Source of the DNA: Eukaryota sp. GEM-RC1 | Taxonomy: Eukaryota | DNA: 64,000 bases | NCBI GenBank assembly: GCA_040285855.1 | Contig: JAUFOQ010000002.1 | Span: forward strand, 2,542,001-2,606,000 | Direction: 5' to 3' | Shown: positions 47,206 through 57,620 of the stretch, piece after piece | Position numbering within the stretch: position 1 is the first letter of the stretch | How the letters are laid out: each line of letters begins with the position of its first letter | Program-made: the position numbers and the translations under genes | Notes under the pieces: model-generated | Database searches by the model: none | Told to the model about the DNA's origin: nothing | Seen by the model: the letters and a program-made list of their open reading frames with translations, nothing else

Positions 47206-47615
47206 GTATAAACAAAATTAATCTACTTCACTTTGTTCTTCATCATCAAGTTCTACTTTTAAAGACTTCATTTCTTGTACAACTTGTTCAAACTCCACTT
47301 TCATCCAGGATCTCAAGCTCAATAAAGCTCTCAAAGACTCAGTGGACAGCGTTTTTCGACTTTGGCGAAGTAAAAAAAGCAGCAGGTGGTGTGTCATCTG
47401 ATATTGTTACGATGTCTTGGTGAGAAGACATTACAAAGAAAGCAAGATTGGCGTCTTACTCAAAGAAGATGAATTAGACTTCATCCAATCTACACTAAGG
47501 TACACCACAACAAACAAATTGATTCATGTAATTAGTAGTTTAGTTGGTCAATGGCATAACGATACGTACAAAATTGATATATATCAACTGTTGATAAATG
47601 TTGCAATGAAAATTT

Positions 47616-48400
47616 GGAGTGTGTAAATGGGCTGAAGGGCTGAGCCCAGTGAATTGTCAAGCCGCCCGGGCTTAAGCCACAAACTCTCAAGCCCAGTCCT
47701 ATTGTACTGCAGCCCGCCAGGCTGGGCGGCTGGGCTGGGCTGGGGGCTGGAGCTGAAATTGGTGCAACACTAGGAGTGTGTAAATGGGCTGAAGGGCTGA
47801 GCCCAGTGAATTGTCAAGCCGCCCGGGCTTAAGCCACAGACTCTCAAGCCCAGTCCTATTGTACTGCAGCCCGCCAGGCTGGGCGGCTGGGCTGGGCTGG
47901 GGGCTGGAGCTGAAATTGGTGCAACACTAGGAGTGTGTAAATGGGCTGAAGGGCTGAGCCCAGTGAATTGTCAAGCCGCCCGGGCTTAAGCCACAAACTC
48001 TAAAGCCCAGTCCTATTGTACTGCAGCCCGCCAGGCTGGGCGGCTGGGCTGGGCTGGGGGCTGGAGCTGAAATTGGTGCAACACTAGGAGTGTGTAAATG
48101 GGCTGAAGGGCTGAGCCCAGTGAATTGTCAAGCCGCCCGGGCTTAAGCCACAAACTCTCAAGCCCAGTCCTATTGTACTGCAGCCCGCCAGGCTGGGCGG
48201 CTGGGCTGGGCTGGGGGCTGGAGCTGAAATTGGTGCAACACTAGGAGTGTGTAAATGGGCTGAAAGGCTGAGCCCAGTGAATTGTCAAGCCGCCCGGGCT
48301 TAAGCCACAAACTCTCAAGCCCAGTCCTATTGTACTGCAGCCCGCCAGGCTGGGCGGCTGGGCTGGGCTGGGGGCTGGAGCTGAAATTGGTGCAACACTA
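47616..48400. repeat. Five tandem 157-bp units, each ending in a full hAT TIR
   Basis: Units start at 47616, 47773, 47930, 48087 and 48244, differ by single substitutions, and each ends GGTGCAACACTA. Confidence 0.95.
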
Positions 48401-49180
48401 GGAATCACATTTTTCATTTTCAACAATACTTTCAGTTTGAACTTCCTTGAGACACAATCGTTTTTCATCATCAATACGAGGAAATACTTGGGAACTTTTT
48501 CTTTCTATACCAGCACTGACATTCTTTTTTAATAATAAAATGTTCGTTGGTAAAGGGGTTTTCTTCAAACAGGGAAGTGATGGTAGAACACTTTTGCTTC
48601 GTGGTAACTGAGGAAGATACGTCGAAATTTTTCAAAATTTCTCCGGAAAAACCTGTTGTCTGAACCCATCCTCTCTGGTGGTGATTTAGTCCAACTACAT
48701 CATTTCAATGACCTTTTGTCTCGATCAAAGCTCAATAATCTTTCTGTTTTCCTGAATTCTGACTACTGTAGCTTCAATTGAGATACCACGGTTTTTCAGA
48801 CACAAACCGAAAGTGTCATCAAACATTTGTATCATTTCTGGTTTCAACGGTCTGATATGAAATGTGTTCATCTTATTTGTCTTACAAAGAAAAATCAAGT
48901 CTCCAAGTGTGGTGTTATTGTAGATCGTCATGACTGATTCCACCATCGAAATTGCACTTCTATGAATGTATAGTACAACAATTGGAGGTTGAAAGCTGTT
49001 ACAATGTAGGATTCTGTTGAATTTTCCACATGTTCATACAAATTTCGTTGAATGTAATTGTTTGTCTGGAATCATTCGAGTCAACATTTTTCAAATTCAA
49101 TTCCTCGAGAAATTTAGGGGATTTCTGTGATTGTTTTTTTAATTTTCTTGTTTTTCAATAATCTAAATTTGGATCTACTC

Positions 49181-49750
49181 TTATACTTTTCCTTCTACTA
49201 CATTTAGCGGTCTGTAAACTTGGAAAAGTTCAAGTTGTCGTTGTCTATCTAAACCACCAACCAAAGTGCACATAAATTTGGTCATCAACTTGTTAAAATT
49301 TCTTGAAAACTCGCAAGTAACCACAAACGAAGTTTTTCCTCTTTTGTAAATGGACGTATGGTTCAAGATTTGAAGAATTACACAGAGCCTCAAGAGCTGC
49401 TGGATAGGCGTTCGAAGACCGAAGGTTTGGCATGTCGAGACTACACTGATGAAGAATTGTTTTGATTTGGCTGTACATTGTTGTGTCACCACTGCTATTA
49501 CATAGGAATCACAAGGCTGACATAAGTTTGTTGCATTTTGCAAGTGAAAAGGCTAACAGTGCTGTTGATTTTGGTAAGAGCTTGCCCAACAGCTGCAGTA
49601 AACATTGACATCCCTATCACACAGTGAAACTTGCAATAGGAAGTGGGACGAAGATGCTTACACCTTCTAATGTGGTTATTGAGATACCGTTGTGTAGCAA
49701 ACCTATTGTCTCATTTTGGTACTTCACACTCGTGGGGTTTGAGTGAGCAT
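49181..49750 (-). mobile_element. Degenerate pogo/DDE_1-type transposase remnant
   Basis: NATNLCQPCDSYVI resembles the DDE_1 motif P.N.T..LQP.D..V; surrounded by stops; no TIRs found. Confidence 0.45.
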
Positions 49751-50101
49751 GTGATTATGCAGGGAGATGGATGATGACAGTGTTTGAATTTATTGTGATC
49801 AGTACATAATTTTGAAAAAACAAGTTTCTTTTTGGAAGAAGGTTAGGGTTAGGTCTACTACTTCAGTCTACTCGTCAAAATCACATATAATGACGTCTCA
49901 GCACTAAAAAACAGTGTATGAAAAGATGTCTGAAAAACGATACATGTAGGTTAGTTGACAAACAATTTAACCTGGTGACGTGATTTTACAGAGTGTGTGA
50001 TTCTGTATTGGACTGAATGCACAGAGCTCAAACACTGACTTAATGAACAAACACATTGTGTATCGACAAAACCGCCCCTGAAACACTTAGAAGTAACAAT
50101 A

Positions 50102-52767
50102 CTAATGGGGAAGTTCAAAATTGCTACGCTGAACTGTAACTATTGTCTTCATTTCCTCAACTTTCTGGGTATAAAGAGGAATAAAGGTCAGTACAATGTG
50201 TTCTACCAATGCACCAAACTCCTGACCATGATTACTGATCTTGTTATGAGCCAATTCGTGACAGAAAACAATGAACCAATGACTCAAAGCGTAGTCAACA
50301 TCCATGCCCCTTATTTTGTTATGGTAAAAGATATTGAAATAAATCTGGCCAGCTTTGTTGAAAGCAATTACTGCAGTCTCATCATAGAAAACATTACATT
50401 TGATATCAGAGTCAGAGTAGAAACATCTCCAGAGGAGCGACACAATGCAAGACAAATCAACAGCACTCGCCAAATGCTTCTGAAGGGCTTTACTTTGAGA
50501 TGGATTACAATAAACAGTGAAATTTAATCCATATAATTGGAGTAAGTTTGAACATGCATCGTGTTTAACCAAGTTAATTTCACTTTGGGCTTCAGAGTAC
50601 TCAACATCGGTCGTTGGTTGAGAACTTCTAGCCTCACTAAAGATTCGGTCAACTTCAGGATTTGCCATTGAAGTACCCGTAACACTTACACACTCCACGG
50701 CGGTTTCAACCACATTCTCTAAGTAAGGCTCATCGGCAGTAGGTTTACGCGGTGGTTGTTGAACATGCCTAGTTGATTTGGGGGTTTAGCACCTTCTACA
50801 AGACTTTGTGTACCTGATGCTGAATTAGATTTGGGGGTTTTGGTCCTTTAACTGGACTATTTCCGCCTGATGGAGAATTGGTATCGGTAAGATCTACAGG
50901 TTCAGGCATTGGAATGTCTTGATGTGTGGGTAAGGGGCTCAGCAGTGACATTAGTCGTCTCTGTAACTTCTTTGTTACTTTGTCCTTTCGATTTGACCCA
51001 GGAAACACACTGTCAATTGCTTTCAGAAGCTGTTCAAAGAAATAGTCGTGCACACAGGAACAGTTGTCACCTGTACATTCATATGACGAATCTTCTCTTT
51101 TAAAAATTTGGTGAACATGATTTTGAGAAAATTGGCTTATATCGACGACATAGAACGCATACTTTTGAACCTTCAGAGGGGTAATAGCTTTAGGTGTCTT
51201 GGTGGGTGGAAATTGTTTAAAACGAATGGCCCACTTTGGAAGAACAACAGGATCGTCAACTAAATCGACCAACAAATCCCGTAGTTGTGCAGCAAGGAGG
51301 TCAGCTTCTACTGATGGAAACACCGATATCTTAACAATATTCTTGATTTCGGTAGGGTAAGGAAGTCCAACATCTCCTCTGGTAATGTATTCAGGAAGAC
51401 CAAGAAATTGATTGGTGTAGTTCGATCTGATTGAGCCAATCAAAGGACAATTTGGAGAGCTTCTTAACAGTTCAAGAAGCTGTGTATTTTTAATTTCCAC
51501 ATGTTTACATTGAAACAGTTCCAACTCGTCCTTGTAATCATCAATTTCTGGCCTACTCATTGGGATGATGATCTTTTGAACTAACAATGCTGAAGCTGGA
51601 CTTTCTTGTTGATAAACAAGTCTGTTGCAACCGGCTTCAGCTAACATAAATCCCTCTAATAGAAACTGTCCAAGGATATCAGCACATCTACTAAAGTTTA
51701 AGTAGATGTATGACATTGAAGAGAGTGCCTTGTAGACAAGGAATCGTAATTCATTGAACATTTCGTTTGATAGTCCGTGATCTTTGTATTTCTGCATTGA
51801 TGCTGCAGCTGTCAGAATCTCTGCTACCATGAAATGTGTGTCTACCTTATTTCTTTCAACACCCAGTCCAGATTCTGAAGATAAAGTCGCATTGTAATCG
51901 AGACCAAATGGGAACTCTTCATATTGAAACGTTGATACATATATTCCATGGAAGTAGATTTTGTTCAGAAAAGACTTTTGCAATAAAAATCGAATGAGCA
52001 CTCTCTTATTGGGCATTAAATAGCGAATAACTGGACCTAATTGTTCATCGGACTGAAGGAAAAGATACTTTGTTGGGTCAACACGAACTGTAGTATCCCG
52101 TATTCCAGAGATGTGAATCATTGTAGCTGGGGGGCAAGAAACAAGAGCAGGGTTCTTGTTAACATAACAGAAAAGAGAATCATTGCTATCATGAGCAAAA
52201 GACCAAGTTGATGGACCGGTCTTAATTCTAACAGTGAGTTGGGAGAGTCAAAACGTACCTAAAAGAAGCTCCAGTTGCAAGAAGACGGTTGATTTCCGGT
52301 TTAAGCCCATCACCAAAATGTCCCGCAAGGCAAGGTTCATTCTCCTTGTCAGAATGGCCAAAACGGAGAATCTCGGGTGCAAGGATGGTGTTAGAGTTGT
52401 AGAAAATGATGTCATGTGTTTGATTGACCGATGAAGTACTGGAACGGGTTTGAATCAGCAACCCAAGAAGTTGGTTTTGAAACCAAGCAGAATAGATCTC
52501 AAGAAAGACTCCACTTCCCTTGAAGTTTTCATGTACTTCGGCATTCACAGAAGGAGATGGGAATGGATTCTGAGGATCGTGTGATTTGGCCTGTTTGAAA
52601 CACTGATCTCGCCAGTTCTGGAGATTTTCTCTCACAGAAGGTTTTAGGTGATTTCGATAACGTTTAACAATATTTAAAGAAATTATGTCAGTAGGGCCTA
52701 CATCTGGACAGTCATGAAGAAGATAATGATGTTCATTAGGGAGTAAACCAGCAAGGATTTCAAGCAT
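50102..52767 (-). CDS. GHKL-ATPase-like N-terminus plus C-terminal HExxH metalloprotease-like domain; 31-nt intron 52228-52258 and two apparent frameshifts
   Basis: RENLQNWRD and GHFGDGLK; C-terminal IAFN...YFN...HELAHNKISNH. Intron GTACGT...CTCACTGTTAG restores frame. Frame breaks at G5 runs 50833-50837 and 50780-50784. Confidence 0.6.
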
Positions 52768-53011
52768 TGAAGAATTGTTTCAAAATTTCAATTTCAGCTA
52801 AGAAGATTATCTTTTGAGATCTACAGTTCCTTCAATCGGTCTGAATTTTTGTAGATCTTTTAATGAGTTGAGAATGTTTTTGCATCATTGTTAGAAGTTG
52901 ATTCATCGTTACTTAGAATTCACTTGTATCCTTCTGCTCTTTTTGGTGCTATTGGTTTTTACCAAATTGTCAATTCTTTGCAAATCTGCTTTTTTAGGGG
53001 GATGAAAAAAC

Positions 53012-53623
53012 TAGGGTTGCACCCGACGTCACCGTCACCGTGACGTGACGCGACGAATCCGTCACGTCGACGTCGCGGAGCAGTGCGTGACGTATCTTGT
53101 GCTTAGAACACTCTTTTCATCTTTTGTTAGCAATCTAACTATCGTATTTGTTTTGGACTTTTGTTATTATGTAAATGATTATTAGAGAGTATAAAACATT
53201 ATATCTACCACCGAAAAATTAAAGAGAGGGTTCTGAGCATCACGATACAGGAAACTACTGTAGTAATATCTTCAAGGAAACTATAATTCAGTTTATTTCT
53301 TAAAAGGCGTAAAGTGTGATGAAGAAATAGCAAATCATCAGCTCCTTCAGTAATCAAACACCTACATCAGAGTTGATTATGAAAGAATAATAAAGAAAGT
53401 CGAACATACAACTTCCAGTTTAATTATTTGATTACTGATTTGTAATTTAATTTAACATTGTAAATTTAATGTTTAGTAGAGTCCTACTAGTATATGATGA
53501 GGGGTTTACAGAAATATATTTTGACAAAAGTATGAATTGTTCCAAAAAAAATATGCACAAGTGGAGATGTCACCGTCACTGTGACGTCACGGAGCAGTGC
53601 GTGACATATCTTGTGCAACCCCA
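53012..53623. mobile_element. hAT-type MITE
   Basis: TIR T(A/G)GGGTTGCAC, TSD GAAAAAA(C/G) (53004-53011, 53624-53631), GTCAC/GTGAC subterminal repeats. Confidence 0.75.
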
Positions 53624-54369
53624 GAAAAAAGTCCATTTTTTAATCGATTTCCTAATGATATATGTTTCACTTATTAACCCCAATTCATGTAAATATATAT
53701 TTGACTTAAACGAAGCGTCGATCAAATTACCTTGTGACGTTTGGTCTCAATGTTTCCCAGAACCTGTGACTGAAATCCCTGAAAGATATTTGAATAATCT
53801 TTAGTTTTGTCTGAAATAATTGCAACAGAAACTAGCAAACATTTTTGAAAGCTTGGATTCTAACGTTCGACTTGGCGTGGTCAAGGAAAAAACCCCACTT
53901 TTGCAAATTTCTTAATGGATGTTTCTAATAGCTCTGCTTCATGTCTGACCACTCAAATCCCTCTAGTTTACGGTCTTTTTCTTGGTGATTACTTTTGATC
54001 ATTAAGCATGCGTTTACGGTCACAAATTTGACCCGATAGCCTTCAACATAATTTGAAATGCCAATGTGGGCAATCTGTACCACCTACACATTTAATAAAT
54101 TGTAAGTGATGTATTTCTTTTAGAAGCAAATTTCATGATTCAGTAAGGGATCAATTATACTGTATGTATAAATCTTATGGAACAGTTTCCTTTTTAGAAC
54201 CAGTTCTGGCTGGTTTGTTTGATAAAACGGATGTTGACAAAACGCTTGGAAATAGCCTGGTGATGTCATATTTCCTGGTCTCGATGGATCATTCATTATT
54301 GCTCATGTAATGTTTATCGATGTTTGTAATGATTCCAACAAGAAACTTGCTAAATCTAATACTAAAAAC

Positions 54370-55274
54370 CTACTGGGAAAGTACATCCACTCCCTGAAAA
54401 GAAATACAAAAAATACAGAAATTAGAAAAATACAGAAAAATACATTTAATACAGAAAAAACAAAATCACTCGACCTAAGAAAACTTTCACAAAAATCATA
54501 ATAAGAATTTTTTATTTAAAAGTGACGATGCCTAAAGTTATACTAGTATACAGAAATAAACACAACAAAACATCAAAAATACCCTAACAAATACCAGGTA
54601 GCCATTATTCACTTAGCCTTCTTTTCTGAGCAGAAAAGACGGCATTTCCAACACACTTTTTCAACCATTCCACAGGTTGTTATCCCCCAAAAACGTCATG
54701 AAGATTAGGTTATTCTTCATCATCAGACGAGTTTGTGACAACAGTTTATTCTTCAAGAACAACTACAACTACTTGCACTTGCACTTGCAATTCCAATACA
54801 TCTTCCAATAGAACATAGTTGCCTATGGTATCATTATTGTCATCATTAAAAACAATTTCGTTCCCGAGATGAAGTACATCAACACGAGATCTTTGATCAT
54901 CACATATGTGCATACTCATACCTCCATTGGTGAGTTAATTCATGAGTTTCACGGAATCAATAATGTTTCCTGTTTTCTAAAGTTGACTTTATATTAAATT
55001 GTAGGCCTAGACCTATCCAATTTTGAGCGTGAAAGACATTTCGACCTTTTTGACTCTTCATGGTCAAGATAAGACCAATTGGTGTCTAGTATGTTTCAAA
55101 AATAGGGACAACACGTAAAAATAGTGACAATTGAACAGTATATCTTTATCCAAAGATTGTACTGGTACCATTTTATCCGTTAAAAATACAAAAACACAAC
55201 AAACACAACAAATACAAAAATACAAAAAAATACAACAAATACAACAAATACAGTATTTGTATTTTCCAAGCATG
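54370..55274. mobile_element. Old, degenerate hAT-type element
   Basis: Imperfect TIR (CATGCTTGGAAAATACA vs C-TACTGGGAAAGTACA), TSD CTA(A/G)AAAC, AAATACA repeats at both ends. Confidence 0.5.
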
Positions 55275-55947
55275 CTAGAAACCTGCTGTTGGTTGGTCAA
55301 AAATTTTAAAATGCAAAAATATTGTGCTAAATTGAAATTATTGAATTCGATTTCACTCTCGAATTACTTGTTGTGCCCTATTGTATTTTCAAAGTACGAT
55401 TCTTTAGGTGAATCTGCAACATCATTAACTGAAATCAAATCTTTGTGAAGATTGTAAAAGAAAAACTTCTAGAACTTTTGATCTTAGATTTTGGAAAAAT
55501 CGAATTGTATTTGCTATCTTTAAGGTATGGTGACTTCTGTATCTAGCGCTTTATTTTCTCTTTGCAGACATAACAGGATAAGGTAGGTGAAAATTTCCAG
55601 TTAGGCAGTCTGGACTTTGAGGATATTGATTATTAGATGTATGTACACTGTAATGTTGTTGTCAATAGAAATTGTATTAAAAAAAGCTTAGAAGAATATG
55701 GATTAATTCTCTTAGATAGCCTTTCTATTACTCTTTATCGTAATGTACAACACCGTTGATCTCTAGAAAAATAACAGAGCTCATTTAACTCATTTAACTC
55801 ACATAGTACAAACTGCAAAATACAGAAATTATACTCGTTTCACAAAAATAAGGAATTTGTAATTGGAGGACCTGTACGTTTAGAACAATGTGTCGATTAC
55901 TACCGTGTAATTGTAATCTACAATATGATGTACCTTTCTCAAAAAAC

Positions 55948-56672
55948 CAGTGTTGTACCATAACGGCCATATCTGCCACGCGCGCCATGCGCGCCATGCT
56001 TCCATAGGCGCATGGCATTATCTGATTATGGCCGTGTTGTTATGGCGAGTTAACACGTGTTGTTATTCCAACAATGACACTGTACTACATGAGCATATAC
56101 AGTAGTTCTATGATACGTATACTTAAAGAATGTTATTTATTAAACCTATATAAAGAGCTCTAATAGTCAGAATCGCTGTCCATGCTGTGTTCTGTCCATC
56201 TTTGTTTCATAAGACCAGCTTGTTTCTGGAATTTGGAAGTAAAGTGCACATACACTAACTTCCTAGCTCTTTTAGTTGTGAGCCGGTTCCTTCTGTTTGA
56301 GTGAATAAAGGCATAGGAACTCCAAACCCTTTTACATGCTCCTGCTGAACATACTTGTGAAATTTACTTAATGGCAAGCTTCTTGACTACACAGGATGCT
56401 GTACCATTTGATTTCCACCATGTAACAGGAGTAAGAGAATCATCAAAATCAGAACTCGATTCAAATTGATTGTGAAATGAATTGTATGAGAACAGATTTG
56501 CACTTACAAACCAATAATACATACTGGGATATATCGATATGTCTTCATTTACGTAATATCTACTAACTTGGTTGGATATCGAAAATATTGCCAATGCGCC
56601 ATGCGTATTTTCGCCATGACCCATAGGCCATAGGCGCATGGCATTTGAAAATTCGGTTATGGTACAACACTG
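55948..56672 (-). mobile_element. Non-autonomous hAT element
   Basis: Perfect 17-bp TIR CAGTGTTGTACCATAAC, perfect TSD CAAAAAAC. Internal hAT dimerisation remnant PVTWWKSNG...ACKRVWSSYAFIHSNRRNRL..KRARKLVYVH. Confidence 0.9.
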
Positions 56673-56714
56673 CAAAAAACCCAATTTGCAATTCTTCTTT
56701 AAGTCTCTCTCTTT

Positions 56715-57382
56715 ATGGTATCCATCCCAATCAAAGTTCAAAAGACCTCATTGGACTAGCCTTGGACTATATGCTCTTCTCCCACAGCTCTTCTGATGGA
56801 GTTGTCACTGGTACTTCTATAGTGTCTGCTCTTAAAACCAAATATCCAGACTTTGAGAGTAAAGAATACGGCACTGTTGCCAAAGAATCTCTTAAGCTAG
56901 CTTTTGAAGTCTTCCCACAGCAAGGTTTCTCAATAATTCGTATAGACTCCCATGGCTCTTCCAACACTTTCTCTACAAGTGGAAAATACTACATCTCTCC
57001 TCTAACATGCTACTCCCCATCATCCTCTGAAACAGCCAAACGACATCTTTTCATTCGTGCTCTCACTTCTGTGTTGATATCCAGGGGTGGACGTATGAGC
57101 TTCAATGAACTTAATTTTGAACTAACAGAGGCGGAGTTTGTAGCAGACCAAGGACGATCTAAAATAGGAGAGAAGTTCTCGACTCTAGTTAACTTTGCAA
57201 AGAAGCTTGGTATTATTACTTTGGATAAGAACAAGGTAATTCATCTAAACTCATCACGGTTCATTTCAGATGAGAGTATTAATGAATACTGTCGGGTTTT
57301 TGATCACAAACGTGATGATTTGATGAGCTCGTATGAAGCTGATTTTCAGCAGTATTTAAAAGAAGAAGCTATGGAAAATTAG
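56715..57382 (+). CDS. Nse3/MAGE-like winged-helix protein (one apparent frameshift at 56740-56743)
   Basis: Pattern L..YMLF...I...L...GFSIIRID...YYISPL...K..LFIRAL..VLISRGG....EL...L resembles the MAGE homology domain. Weak similarity. Confidence 0.4.
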
Positions 57383-57620
57383 CGTAATTTAATTGTATTT
57401 ACAGTTTTTTAATCGAAGTTTTTACATTGACGTTCTGTTTGTACATTTCGTTGACTGTTTGTAGTGATCTACCATGAGATTTATTCTTGGTAAGAAAACC
57501 AAATGCAATAGATCGAGTTTTCACTGTACTTAGGGCCTATCAACCCTTTTTAAAACAAAAATTAAATTACAATTCAAAAGAAAAACTAAAACTAATCGGG
57601 CAAAAATCAATAATATTAAA

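Larger units (their letters stand above)
46798..48400 (-). mobile_element. Defective hAT element with an amplified terminus
   Basis: TIR TAGTGTTGCACC, TSD GGAATCA(G/C) (46790-46797, 48401-48408), GCCCAG subterminal motifs. hAT C-terminal remnant RKTLSTESLRALLSLRSW on the minus strand. Confidence 0.85.

Noticed and set aside
47616..48400. CRISPR array or coding repeat (ORF 48241-48474)
   Set aside because: No spacers; the units are copies of a hAT terminus and the ORF is incidental.
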